This document shows, one piece after another, positions 26,623-40,151 of a DNA stretch of 64,000 nucleotides. Within the stretch, counting starts at the first letter, position 1, and each line of letters starts with the position of its first letter. The notes under the pieces are model-generated. The model was not told the origin of the DNA and made no database searches. It worked only from the letters and a program-made list of their open reading frames with translations. This stretch comes from Lepidodermella squamata (Eukaryota; Animalia; Gastrotricha). The position numbers and the translations under genes are program-made. The stretch lies in contig JBLDXI010000003.1 of the NCBI GenBank assembly GCA_047495785.1, positions 1,922,001 to 1,986,000 of the forward strand, given 5' to 3'.

Positions 26623-28079
26623 ATATAGAATATTTGGCATAATCTGGGGTACTAAACAGCGATCGTAAACAGCCCCGCTCATAAGAAAGTGCCTGTAACC
26701 AGGCGCCTTTTATCGAGAGATTACTGTATTCGAGATAAATCAAAAATGCATTTGTTGCCATCTTTCATACCATACGGAATTGCAACGCTAAGACCTAATA
26801 TAATCGGTTTATTTGGTTCGAACTAGTTGAAAAGAGCGAATCCTTGCCTCGAAAATGCTGATGGGTCACATCAAGATAGCCAGCCAGCCGTTTTCACACA
26901 GAATACAGTGTGTCAACATCGCGGTGTTTGGAAGATTATGACAACAAAACAAGCCACCAGCATGCTGCAAAATGGAATCAAAATCGCGGTGGCAATGAAT
27001 CCTCGATTTCGATGTCGAAGGTTCGCCGAGGAATCAGTCAGTGAAGCCTCAAATCCTGCTCTGGCTTGATGATGACTTTCTGTTGCTGCGTGAAAACCGC
27101 GAATCTGGATCGATTTCGCTCTGAAAGAAAAGCCTGATCTGCACCACGGTGGCTGCAAGCAAGAGTTTTGGACGACCTCGTTCTTCGCCTAATTTTGACA
27201 ATTTTTATAGCTCGTCAATTTGCTTTTAAAAAGGGTTATTTGCTATTCTGGTGACAGTCCTAAGGATTTGCTAAGAAAATGCGTTTCCTGTGGCTTTCGA
27301 GCGAATTCCGAGCGAAATGCTGCCCGGCAGTTTCAAGGCATGGAGAAATTCTTTGTAGCCATAGAGAAAAGTGAAAACGCCTTTTATATATTTTTATATC
27401 TATTGATGAAACCGTCTCATGTTGTTGCCGTGATTTTTTTCATGCATGCTTTCGTCCTATTTGTTTTCTACCTGTCCAAAAACACGCCTCCTTGTTGTAT
27501 AGTTTTGCAATTCACCTAATCACTACTTTCTTTTTACAGCTGAGCTTTCCAACACACTATGGATGAATCGCTCATAAATAAATAAATAAATAGAGAAATC
27601 CAATTTCCCTATGGCAAAGGTTCCCAAATCAAGGTCGGCGACCCAATTTTAGGTCGCAGACGGTTTTTAAAACGGTCGCACGTAAGTCCGAGGGTCGCCT
27701 GAGTCGCGCGCTAAACAGGACAAAACGTAAATTAGATCGGTTTTACAGGCTTTTTCTAGTCTTAAAGTCTTGTGGATGTCGCTCATTGATAAATTTCGAC
27801 CATATGTTGATTTATTTAATTTCGTTCAATATTTTGACAAGTAGCCAGTAGCTTCAAATACACAACTTTGACTTCTGTAGCGTAAACATGAAAAGACAAT
27901 GTCAAAATTGAATTATTTTTCAGTTGGGCCAGAAAGCCTTTTTCAGGATCGTTCGACCTCTACTATAGACTATATAGCCCTATGGCAAAATCTTACCATC
28001 CATGTTAATTATGGATTGTTTATTATAGATTAAGAAATTAAGAAATTCGCATATATTGGCGTGTATTAGTTATGCATAC

Positions 28080-29500
28080 TGATATCACGTCTTTGCAGTG
28101 TGTCGGAATTCAGTCGTGTATACCATGTACGGACCATGTAAAGAAGCTGTGCGTCTGGTTCAATATTATTTCGTCTTTACCCTGTACGGGAGAAGCTCTG
28201 CATGTCTGGTTCGGTATTCGTACGTCTGTACCCGGTAGAGACGAAGCTATAACTCTAGTTGGTTTCTTAGTCGTCTGTACCCTATATTGTCCAAGCTCTG
28301 CGTCTGATTCGTTCTTCAGACGATTAGGAAATGTATAGACGAACGCAAATTGATGTCCGCACAAGGAAAAAATTACTCGTAATCAATAGTCACATCGCAC
28401 AACGCCATACTGTCCAAACCGGGTACATACCACTGGATAGTGAAACAGACGCACAGCTTTGTCCGTACTGAGTACAAAGTAGGCAGTACCCGTGATACCT
28501 GCTACAGACCTGTCTAAGACGGACTTCTTATGAACTGAGTACATTCTTTAGTTGCGGCAGACGCGAAGGGGCGAAGGTGACAGATGCAAGCTTTTGTCTG
28601 CACGAAATTATTTATGATGGCTTTCCATTCCTGTATTCCTAAGGACCATGCGATTATATTTATTGACTGATTGAATCTCCAATCAGACTTATCATCGAAA
28701 TCCTATTCTGATCTGATGGCTGATGGGTTGGCTACGCCACACAAATTTCCTGGCTCTCTTTTTCAACCGACGATTTGTGTTTGGTTCGCTTCTCCGTCGT
28801 CTGTACCCAGGAAAAGCCGAGCTGTGCCTCTGATTCTCATACGTCTGTAACCGGTACGGGATAAGAAATATGTATTCAGTCATCAGCACCTGGTACGGAC
28901 GAAGCTCTGCGTCTGGTTCCAATTCATTCGTCTGTGTCCAGTAGCACTTATCTTGTTATAGCGACCATTTTGAACTATTATATCTAAATGTTTATTTTTC
29001 TGTACGCAGTACACCGGAACCGTTCGTCTAATGCAGTATTCTCATTGCTTAAAAAAATAAGCATTGAGATTTAGTAAATACCTAGTTAAAACTAACATAT
29101 TTAATAGTTTAAAGTGGTCGCTATATCTAGATAATGTACCAGTTACAGGCTAGTAAGAATCCGGAACAGACGACTGAGAAGCGAACCAGACACAAATCGT
29201 CGATTGAGAAAGAGAGCCAGATAACCTGTGTGACGTCGCCAATCCACCAGCTAGCAGATCTGCTGCATTCAGAATCGATTATAGCCGCGCAAATGATAAG
29301 TCCGATTAAAGATTCGGATTCTGCGGATCTGATTGCCATGAGAGCATGCCACCAATCAATATCGAGGGGTACTTTTACTAGGAATACAGGGATAAGAAAA
29401 AATATCGTGCAGACAAAGCTTTGCGTCTGTCTCCTTCGCTCCTTCGCGTCTGCAGCAACTATAGAATGTACTCAGCACAGACGAAGTTTCGCGGCTATTC
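28080..29500. repeat. Degenerate ~49-bp satellite arrays in both orientations
   Basis: Repeated CGTCTGTACC.GGTAC.GACGAAGCT.TGCGTCTGGTTC. Confidence 0.7.
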
Positions 29501-29511
29501 CGTCTTCATCA

Positions 29512-29719
29512 TATATCATTCGATTGCTGTAATTAAGGGCTATCGATTGGTGCCAAATCGAAGTCCACGCGGCACATTCAGGGACAAATTTTGGCCAAAA
29601 AACGCGAATTGTTCGCATTTTTTTAACTTTGAAGGCAAACATCATATTCCCAAGTGTTGCGCTAGGACTTCGATTTGGCACCAATCAATAGCCCTTGATT
29701 ACAGCAATCGAATGATATA
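29512..29719. mobile_element. Foldback MITE (~210 bp) with ~55-bp terminal inverted repeats
   Basis: TATATCATTCGATTGCTGTAATTAAGGGCTATCGATTGGTGCCAAATCGAAGTCC ... GGACTTCGATTTGGCACCAATCAATAGCCCTTGATTACAGCAATCGAATGATATA. Confidence 0.8.
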
Positions 29720-29796
29720 AGATGATTGATGGTGACCCTCACGGTTTGGCCATTGCTTCGGTTAAATGCAATGCTCATACCCTAAAGGCTTAAATA

Positions 29797-31462
29797 CCTT
29801 ATTGGCGTACAACAAATATAAGGCATCACCGAATTATGAGGCACGTGCCCTCAAATGCGAACACGTGTGCAATCCACTCAGCAGGTAATCTCTTGGGTAA
29901 ACAGTCGCCGGAATGGACCGCAAGCACCATAGACATAAATTATGTCTATGGCAAGCACCTAGGGGTCGCGGGGCGTAAAAGATTACGTGGAAAACGCTCT
30001 GCACGAGTGGCTTCTGGCTGAGAGGGGATGGAGCCGACGCGTCTCGCGATGAAATTGATGGCTAACTAACCTATGAGAAGAGTTCGTTTTTGCGAATCTG
30101 TGAAATATAAGGCAGACCCGAAATTTAAGGCAGGACTTGAACGCCCGTCCCGTTTACGACCCCCCTTTTCAAGGCCTTTGAAAAAATAAAGCCTACTCGC
30201 AATAGCTACCTAAATTTTAATTCAAACTTTGAAAATCGCATTTAAAAATAATAGCGCCTAAATGTTTCAAATTCTATTTCTGAGGTGTTTGATAGGCATG
30301 TTTGATAGAAAATGGCGAAACATAGCCGAGTGAGAGAAGTTCGACGAAAGTTGCCAAAGTAGCTGTCGCTTTGTCGATTTCCTAGCATTCATGATTTGAA
30401 GAAAACTAACATTCCAATTGTATCCAGCACGAATTTCAGCTCCTAACCAGCACTAATTTTCCGCACTATCCAGCACGCGTGCGATTTATCCAGCACCATT
30501 ATCCAGCACAAGCCCCTAGCCATGACCGGCACGCATCCAGCACTGAATCCAGCACTAAAAGCACCAGTGCTGGACAGTGCAGGAAAAGCGAATAATTGAA
30601 ATGCATAATTGAAAGCGAAAAACGAGGCGGCGGTTCCGTGACCCGAACTCGGCACCCATCCAGCTCATGTTGCGGCAAACCCTCAACACCACCGGATTCA
30701 CTGTATCAAATGTGACGGTTTTTGAATATAGGCCAAATTTCCGAAGTCGATATCGACACGATCGGCGGCGAATTTGGGCAGCGGCCGCTGATTGTTTGTA
30801 CAGAACTTTGAGGGCTATCCGCCGATATGAGATTAATTGACCGGCGATACTTGTTTCCCGCTGAAATTGCGTGCAAAGTGAGTTAAATTGGCGTCCAAAC
30901 GACTTTCGTATTTTTTTGTGTCACAACTGATTCTCAGAAATGTTGACTCTGTCTGCTTTGAACTATCGTCCAGCACGCGCTGACGTCTTTGTCAATTTTT
31001 GTTAGCTGTTTGAGCCCATTTTCAGGACCATGCTGGATGAATGAGGTGTGTCACACGACTTCGTGCTGGATGACTTTAGAGTCGGTGCTGGATAGCAAAT
31101 CGCGTGTCCAGCACACTTTTTTCAGGCACTTTCCAGCACAACCCAGCTTTGTCCAGTACACGTCCAGCACCAACCAGCTTTGTGCTGGGTAAAATTGAAG
31201 ATTTTTAAAATTTCAATGATTTGCATAAAAATGGCTGGAAACTCGCAATCGAACGATGAAGTTCTCGATTTTGATGAACAGCTGTTGAATTTAGTTCAAA
31301 AATTATCAATTTATGCTTATTTTTACTCAATTTATACACTTGAAAACTTGCTTTGAAACAATAAAGTCGCATGCTCGCAATTGTAACACGTCCCGTTTAC
31401 AACCTTCCTTTTTCGAAGCTTTGAAATTACAATGCCCCCTTAAGCTATTACGGAAAATACGG
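29797..31462. mobile_element. Possible degenerate pogo/Tc1-type non-autonomous element(s)
   Basis: Right end CGGAAAATACGG-TA; left end TA-CCTTATT..AAATATAAGGCA; internal repeated TCCCGTTTAC.ACC motif. TIR match is weak. Confidence 0.3.
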
Positions 31463-31971
31463 TATACGGTAAGTGTTTGTTTTCTTGTACGCATTAGACG
31501 AACAGCTCCGACGTATTGCGTGCAAAAAACGAACGTTGAGATTTATGGTAGTTCGTATTGTTCGCTCGAAGAAATGGTCGCTATAACTAGATCAGCTATA
31601 ACTTGTTCAAAGAGAACATGGACATTCACATTGAACAGTTTTGTTGTACGCTTGTTCACTAATCGCATCCGGATTCGAAACAGAACGACGCCGATCATTG
31701 AATTTATTCTCCAAATTTGATCAAAATCCGGGCGGATGTTGAAACACCTGAATTTGGGGATTTTAAAGACAAGCAGTACTACAGCAATTTGACAAACAGG
31801 TTGCATCCGCAGAATGAATTAACCCTAGCCCTTATTTATTAAATATCGATGAAGCCACTCCTATAACAAATTCTTTTGCTTAAGTGATGAATGTTTAATT
31901 GTAATGCCAATATTTTCCATATTAAATCAACATTGGCATTACATGATGCCACACAATCCAAGTGTCCTCTT

Positions 31972-32765
31972 TTACGCTCCTCGGGTGCATTTTTCAACTG
32001 TGAATGCTCCGGTTGTTGCCGTGGTGGGGGAAGTGGCGAAAACGACGCCAGCGGTTCCGGCAATAAGGTTGGCGCAACACTTGGCGTAGCTGGCGGCCGT
32101 GTATGTTGCCGCAACAAGGAAATCAGCCTGTGAAGGAGAAAATATTACCATCAGGAGCCGGTCTTATCAGACGTTCAATGAAAACAAACGCTAGTGGCTG
32201 ATATCGCAATGCTGTTTGTCTCACAGCTGCTTGGGAATCGCAAGCAATAGGCAACGCCAGCAGCACCGCATGCCTTGAAAGGCGCAGCATCGGTACCGAC
32301 GACACTGCAGTACGACACGGTAGCTGAGCTGACCGTAATGCTGTCGTATGTCGTGGTCGAGGTTGTTCCGCCGAGAGCAGTGCAGCAAAGATCAAACGAA
32401 GCGGCTGTAACTGGCGTCGGAGACGTGATCTGGGTGCCACCTAGGGAGCACGCTCCCGTCCTAGTGCAGTACTTGAGGGTAACAGCGATAGGACCGCTGC
32501 CTATCGTTTGAACAGAGCACCCGAGGTATGCTGTCTAAGATAATGAATCATAGGTATATTTCAAAAATATTCCATGCTTATGACTCACGATCGGCGTCTG
32601 ACAAGTCTGTGTCCCCAAGGCACATGTGCTTGGCGCATAGCAGGCCGTGTTCGCCGCACAAACTCCCGTGGCGCAACTCGTGCTGCTAGATGCTGTTGTC
32701 GACGATGGGCAGGCGATAGCAGAGCCGGCGAGGCAAACCAACGCCACAAAAACAATTACGACCAT
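31972..32765 (-). CDS. Secreted Cys-rich protein type Y, copy 3 (3 exons)
   Basis: Near-identical to copy 2 (offset 8397). Confidence 0.88.
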
Positions 32766-33262
32766 TTTGAATGAAAGCTTAAAAAATTCAAGGCGAAATG
32801 CAAGCTGATCAATGTTACTGCAAATTAGCCGACTTGTATACCGCCGGAGTGGAGTGTCTATCGTCGAAGTGATCGCGGACGTACATTGTATGTAGTGTTT
32901 TGCTTAGTGAACTCAATGAGGAATACAGCCGTGTTTTTTTCTTCCCATGCTATGTGGTGCGGTCGTGAGGTCGATAATTTTTTGCTGACTAGTCGATAGG
33001 CGTGACAGAAACAAATTTGCAAAAACTACTACCACAACAAACACCATCTTGCCATCAGCTCATGATCGATGCGGTAAATAAAAAGGACTTCGACAATTCA
33101 ACAAATACCGCCGACAACGTACATGCGGAGTCTCGGACGACACTTTTACCGTGTTTCTTTCACTTGCAGACATGACCGAAGGAGGTTATAAGTTTGGTTA
33201 ACGATCGATGAACTATTCAACTACTAGCAATTTCTCGTTTTGAGCCTCAACAGGACTTAAGT

Positions 33263-34016
33263 ATGCGCTGCTTTGCTATTTTGATTGCGTCATGCCTTAT
33301 TGACGTGGCTTTCGCCTGCCCCGCCTCAACCACGACTACTTCGACGAACTGTGCGACGGGTGTTTGCACATCGGGCCAATCGTGTAGATCCATAAATCTG
33401 TGTGATACAAGTGGCCAGGCTTGCGCAGATGTGAGTCATCCTATTCGGGCCATCAGTAATTGTTATTATCATTTTTATACATCAGAGCTACATGTCGTGC
33501 CGTGTTGCTACTGTCGGCGGAACCTCCGTCGGTTTGGTCGAGTCTAACGGCATCAGGTATTGCTCGTATACCAAAACATGCGCTCTGGGCGGCAGTACTG
33601 TGTCGCAGACCTATGCCAGCTTCGATGCCTGCTGCACTGGAATCAGTGCTACTATTTATGACGCTTTCACGGTCAACGGGCAGAAAATTCAGGCCTGCCT
33701 CAGTCCCACAACAACCGATGCGACACCCTACAAGGTCTGCGCTGGTGCTTACTGCTTGCGTTTTCCTTCGTCTTGCGAAACGGCTCCCATCACACTCAGC
33801 TCGACAGCGGTGAGATTTGATTCATGAGCCTTTATTGTTTTTAATCATTCTGGAATCATGCTATAGGCTGACACGCTACCGACTGGCGTTTACCAGTACG
33901 CCAATTTCGCTACCTGCTGTGCACGCTTAGCTAAGGCCGCGGAAACAACTTTGACAGCTTCGGCTACAACTGCGACGACTGGTGGTTTCACGGTCGACAA
34001 ATGTCTCCTTACTTAA
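33263..34016 (+). CDS. Secreted Cys-rich protein type X, copy 3 (exons 33263-33430, 33486-33809, 33867-34016)
   Basis: Diverged exon 1 (MRCFAILIASCLIDVAFA), near-identical exon 2, C-terminus KCLLT*. Confidence 0.88.
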
Positions 34017-35230
34017 ATTGACGCAATGCGAAATCGAGTGGCCAGCTTGCTTTCGACATTGATATATTTTCCATTCATCTGTAACTTCAATATCGTCGCT
34101 GATCACAGCCATGTACATATTGTAGTTACGGAAGAGTATGAATCAATTTCCCGCTTATCGGGGATCCTTATTTTGATGATCGCATTCATCGAGTATATAT
34201 TGTAAATTGTGGGATAAGAAAAATAAAACTGAGGTTAGATAAATTCCAGTAGCTGCGACTGACTGCAGAATATTGCCTTCCATTTAGCTGATTAGTTTGC
34301 GGTAATTGGGAAAGTGTCATTTTCCCAATAATAAATAAAAGAAATATACGGACGAAGGTTTGACGTTCTACCACTGCTGGCAAGTTTGTAAAGTTGGAGC
34401 ACGCCTGGAACTAGGACATCAAAAATTGCGACACAGTCCGGTAATTCGAGCAACCAGCTGTGTTTTGGAGGTTTTTAGGAGACGCAGAAGTATTTGCACG
34501 CATGAATTGGCAATTGATCATTTTGCGATCCCTTTCGTCTTTTCAATGCAATTGACGTGCGAAAACAGGGCTGTACTTGAGTCAGATTTATCTCTAATCG
34601 ACTGCCAGTCAATTTCGACAGAGAAAAGGCATAGAGGTCCAACCTCCAGCTCGACTCGAACCTCTCAAGTCATCAGTCTTAAGAGCTAAGCTGTATCATT
34701 TGTCCGTACCAGGTGCGTGGGAACATTCTCGTCTGATTCACTTTATACTCGCCATAATCTATCATCCACGGATGATGCTGTTATTTCTCGCAAAATCTCG
34801 CTACTCATAGAATCGTATTTTCATCCCTCAAAACCACCTGATTGGTATCGGTATTGCCAATTTTGGAAAAATTAGGGGGAGTTCATCACTTCAATAGTTT
34901 TTAAATCATCACTTCATCATACTAGTTCGATATTAACGAGGAAAGAAAATTAAAAGCAAAACTTCAGGAAAAATAAAAGGATTGTCATGGGGAAAAAGTT
35001 ATGCGAGCGGTTCAAGCATGTATATTCCAACTAGGTAGTATTAGTAGTTGTAGACAAATAAAAGGTCCAGTTTAATTGTTTATCAAGCATTGACTTTTTC
35101 GATATTTTTGATTCAAACGCTCATTCTGTCCATTTTTGTTTTGTTTTCACTCCATTTTTGCTGGTGGATCTTTTTTCGCTTGATAAGTCGCACAATGCAT
35201 TGTGTGACCACTTAAAAGTCCAATCCAATG

Positions 35231-35497
35231 CGCACGCTGATTGGTCAATCGATCGTTGCTATGACTCCCGGATGAAACGTTCTGTCGTGAGATAAGATTT
35301 TTTGCAACAAGTGCTTTTTGCCGCAGCAATTTACCACAATTAATATGGAGTTTACGCTCGTGGTCAATGGAAACCGGGCAGAGGGTGTGGCAAGGTCATT
35401 TTTTTCATAAATATAAAATAATTTATTAGTGGATCGCACGACCAAATTGTTTCATTCCGGAGTCATTAGCAACGATAAATTGATCAATCAGCGTGCG
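35231..35497. mobile_element. MITE-like inverted repeat element
   Basis: CGCACGCTGATTGGTCAAT..TCGTTGCTATGACTCC.GGATGAAAC ... GTTTCATTCCGGAGTCATTAGCAACGAT..ATTGATCAATCAGCGTGCG. Confidence 0.6.
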
Positions 35498-35544
35498 TGC
35501 CAAGGTTCAACTTACCAGTGGTTCCACAATGATCGTCCCTCCTC

Positions 35545-35880
35545 ATACAGCCTCATACCCTGTTACAGCCAAAACCTCTGGCCGTCACCTGATACTATTA
35601 GTGCCTGTACCCGGTCGCTTTACATCGCCTTACAACTTACAACGTCTGTATCTGGTACAGCCATAACTAGTGTCCAACACGCTTTCTAATGTCTGTACTT
35701 GTTGCAGAAGAAACCAGTGCCTGCTACCTGATTCCAGCGTCTGTACCCGGTACAGCGTGAAACCTTTGTCCTCAAGGATCCTCTAGCGTCCATACCTGGT
35801 ACAGCCAAACCTGTGTCTGTTTACTTTTTATAGCATCTGTACCCATTCCATTCTAAGCTTTTCGACCGTATGTACCCGTT
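35545..35880. repeat. CGTCTGTACCTGGTACAGCC satellite variant array (also 45990-46455)
   Basis: Repeated palindromic TGTACC.GGTACA core at ~45-50 bp spacing. Confidence 0.65.
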
Positions 35881-37042
35881 TGTAAGACATTTCAAAGAAA
35901 GTGGAGATTTAAGCATCAAAACAATTTCATGGTTTTCTCATGGTTTACCGGTGAATCCAAACTAATTCCAAGCCAGCTGATGATTCTATCAACATCGGGC
36001 CGAAGTTCGATAAAATCGTCGAAGCTTCACCGTTCAGCTTCGCCCCGTCAGCAAAGAGTTTTGTGATGTGTTGATCAGTGTATTAACGTCATTTTGAGGA
36101 GGCCTTGAGGAGGACACTATAGAAGTTACGTTCGACCGGGACAACGTGCTGCTATTCACGGCTACTCCACAGCGAAAAAAAACTCGGTGCTTACCGTGCC
36201 AAATAAGCTACCCAGTAATAACCAGTTTACATGTTAATCGAAAAGGGAAAAAACCTTGTGCACATACAGTCATTACCGGGTTTTGGTGTTTTACCGTGTT
36301 AAAGTCAAGACGGTTAAAACCATGCTGGAACTAACGGATTCGAAAAATACGGTATTAACCGACTAATTATCAGGCGTGCACTGGCTTTTTTTCGGGTACT
36401 AACCGATATTCAGGATGCGTTGCTACCTCATTTTTAACCAGTTTCAACCCAGTTATTCAGCTGCCTGGGTATACTAAACCGCCATATTAATGATTATTCG
36501 TATCGGCTATTCAATATTAAAAATAAACAAATGCTTAGGTCAGCACGGAAATTCACTTTATTCCAAATTCCAATTTCTCATTCGACAAGCGGGCAGGTCA
36601 AAGGTTCGTATAAAAGAGTACACATCAGTTCAGATGTTCGAACTCTAATCTTCGTAATATAAAAGAATTATCAGGATGAGCAAACAGCAGTTTATGAGAT
36701 AAACTATATCGACAGTATTTTCAATGGTGAAAAAGAGCAAAATTTGCCATCATCGAACAATGTAAGAAAAAATTTGAATTATTCAATGCCGCAATGTAAA
36801 TTCCACCATCATAATATTATACCACTGAGACTAGTCGAGTAGGGACAGCTCCGAGATCATTCGAACTTTAAAAATATGTCTCCAATCGCGCCAAGCAGAT
36901 CGAAAATGTTCGTACATTCCAAGTCTTCAAATTGTTTTACGAGAAAGAATAATAAAAAAATATATTATTTAAAACGCCATGCTTACATATGAATATAACA
37001 AAGGAATACATCGTAGGGCTGACAGGTCAGGCTCAGGGAGGA

Positions 37043-39906
37043 CTAACGTTCAAATTTAACAGGCAAATTGTCAATGATGATATAAGACTTACTATTAAAG
37101 GTGTGCACAGAAAAAGAGCGAGGAACTTCAAGGTCGGCGATTTTTATAACAGACAATGAATTATCCAAGTTGTTGATAGGCAAGCCTAGAATTTCACAAT
37201 CAAACATTTCACAATCGACAGACCTAACTAACAGACAAAAATCTTCATCGAACTTAATAATCGAAACTATAATAGCGAATTTAGGCATTTTTTGCGTCGA
37301 TGAAAACCAATGCGACGATGAATTTCCAATCATAACAGCAAGCCCACGGTAGTAGTAACCTCCACGATATGATAAAGAAGTAAAGGATTCAAAGCAATTT
37401 GGTAGATTAGGGACATTGACAGGTTCGCTAGTAACATCTTTCAGTCTAACAATTCTGGGTTTACTTGTTTCAAAGGAAGAGTCGGAATTAAAGAAATTTA
37501 GGACCTGGAATGTACAAGCATCAGCGATCTGCTTTGCGGAGTTGTTATGATTAGAGACATAATTTTTGAAGCGAGAAAGAGCTCGCTCAAATTTAAAGTT
37601 CGAATGAAATCGCAGCGGCCCGTAGTCGATAACCTGAGTGGCATAATGCACAAGATGGTGGAATTTACATTGCAGCATTCTATCCGAATCGCCATAGGCG
37701 CTAGCAACCAATTTTAAGAATGAGCTGATTAATAGTCGAAGAGTATCGACATCGTGAGTGTATAGAATCGGAGACATACAATATGCAGTGATTACAATGG
37801 AGTGAAGAAAACATTTATATTGGGATGAAGAGAAGAAGGCAGAATTTTTTAAGCGACTAATAGAATTTAAAATTAAACCGAATCGAGAAAGCAGAACTCG
37901 GCAGTGTGTTGCGCTGAGTTTGATAGAAAATACAAAACGTTTGGGCTCCGTGAATTGCACAAGAGGGCGGCCGTCCGTTTTCTCCAACATGTCCCAGGTA
38001 AACTCGTTGAAGGCACTGTTGAGCTCGCTGAGAGTCAAGCCGAAAAATCGTCCCGCAAACGCCAGAAGGTCTTCCAGTTGATACTGCAACACACCTTTTA
38101 GTAAAAATAACAAAATTAAAATAAACAATAAATAAATAGCCGCTCAAAGTTCTTACCCTCATACAAGTCGTGCATGGGGTCATTCAGTAAAAGCTGGGGA
38201 AAATTGTAGTCCGCCAACCGCGAGTCGAGAAAGACTGACTTGTGCCCAGTCAAGTTGAAATAGGAGCATCTGATGAATGAAATGATTGTCAAATAAAAAT
38301 TCTGAAATTGCTCGTTTTGCCTAACTGTTTCGATTTGTCAGCTGCGGTTTTTTGGCCCAAGATGACATTGATAGCAACGCGAATAGATTCAGCTGTCCGG
38401 AGGCCGGTCTCGACAACGTTTCGCAAGAAATCCTTCCTAGCCAGTACACATTTGCGGCATACAGAATTCGACTTACTGAAACAAGTTTGCATGCCAGCCA
38501 AATCATGCGCGGCAAGGGAATCGGCAGCGATAGCGACGAGAACGCATTGAGCTGTTCCCTGGGGCAAGTTGATGACAGTTTGGAGATCAGCAAGTAACCG
38601 CGTAATTATCACATCCAAAACTAATAAAAAATGATTAACAATTTTATTATTTCATTTCAAGTTACAGGGAAAAGCACGATGAGTGCTCGATGATCGATTA
38701 ATTTATTAATTTTTTCGAATTTTAATCAATTCAATTATTCAATTCAGTTTTTCCGAAAATTCAAATTGAAATACTTACATGCGCTTTTTTCAGCCTCGAT
38801 TGACTTGGCACTAGCTATCGCGAGCAGAAACACGTTCGAAGCAGGGTCACATTGGCCGATTTCCGCAAAGCTCCAAGAATAAATTGCATACTTGTGATTT
38901 GCGGCGAAGGGCCCAATAGGGTTCGTAAACGTCATCTCGTCGTAAAATAATACGAGAGGAACAACAAATGACGCGATGGTCAACTGAATCAACCGTTGAA
39001 CTTGCCGACCCTGAACCATTGAACGATAGACCTTGACGTTTTCGCCCATTTTTTGCAGTCTTGACTTTGTGAAATTTGCCAAGAAGTCGGCATTTTCAGC
39101 AAGAATTGCTGTCATTTGAGGAGCAACAGGCAAGTAGAACCAGGGATCAATTTCTTCCGGCTCCACATCAGCCCATTTCTGAAAATGGAAAGAAAAAATC
39201 AGTAAATCATCGAGTCGCAAGTGCATAACAGTAAGAAGCATCACCTCGAATGTAGCATGGCGGCGATAAGCAGTTCGAGTCGTGTTGAAAAGATACTGAA
39301 CATTGGATGCACTAGTTGCCTGGTTGATAATCGCCAGAAAATAGGACACCAGCCAAATCAAGAACCTACGAATAATTCCAATCCAAAAGTTTCAATTGAA
39401 CGATTATATTTAGAAACTAACGTAAGCACAAATGATATCAGAGTCTGAGAAGCATGGAATTGATATTTCATAGCGAATACAAACGTTTCAATTCGCGAAC
39501 GCATCATCACCAAGTCAGGTGCTCGGGAAGAGGCCCCGCCGGCAAGTCCCAGATCTTCAGCAGTAGAATCCTCGGCAAGTGATTCCAGATTGTTTGCATC
39601 AGAAACTTGGATATCAGGTCGCAGGTTATCCGTAATCGGATCCTCGCCAACGATTGAATCTCCGCCAACGGGTCCGACATAGTCAGGGAATTCGTGTGAC
39701 TCGGGGCCAGCAGCAACACGGCCTTGGACAGTCGAATTATCGGCCAAATCCTCGCCCAAATCGCCAATACGACTCATTTTAGAAGGAGTTTCGTCTTTGC
39801 TAGCAGCCGCGCTCTTTGCCATAGGACACTGTTTTCGATGGTCGTAGTAGAACTGAGCTTTTATCGCTTCAAACCCACACTGGCATTGCCTTTTTCTGCC
39901 ACTCAT
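37043..39906 (-). CDS. CMC/EnSpm-type DDE transposase (6 exons, ~820 aa, apparently intact)
   Basis: Motifs LFYDEMTFTNPIG...HKYAIY, ADSLAAH..AG..CF....CRKC, NDPMHDLYEG (spliced) and KFHHLVHY...YGPL.....FKFE; N-terminal C-x-C..H..C finger; all junctions GT-AG and in frame. Confidence 0.9.
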
Positions 39907-40151
39907 AATGGTTTAAGAATTAAACTAAAGAGAAAACGGAAGTTGAGGCACAGGGTATATGATTTATTATATTGATTGGATATATCGAGTCATATTTTCG
40001 TCAAGAGACTGTATACATCAAGCAAAACAAATTTGTCAAAACAAAAAGCTGAAGAGTATGAAATTCAAAGTAAGAAGAGTATGAAATTTAGGCATCTCTT
40101 GAGCATGCGATGAAATTGTTATTCATTTCAGTCATTGACTTGATTCAAACT

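Noticed and set aside
27608-27990. hAT-like MITE start (CAAAGGTTCCCAAA..GGCGACCC)
   Set aside because: No matching right TIR or clear 8-bp TSD found.
34600-34715. tRNA or SINE-like B-box (GGTTCGAGTC on the minus strand; similar at ~20920)
   Set aside because: No cloverleaf or convincing A-box; cannot be supported as a tRNA.
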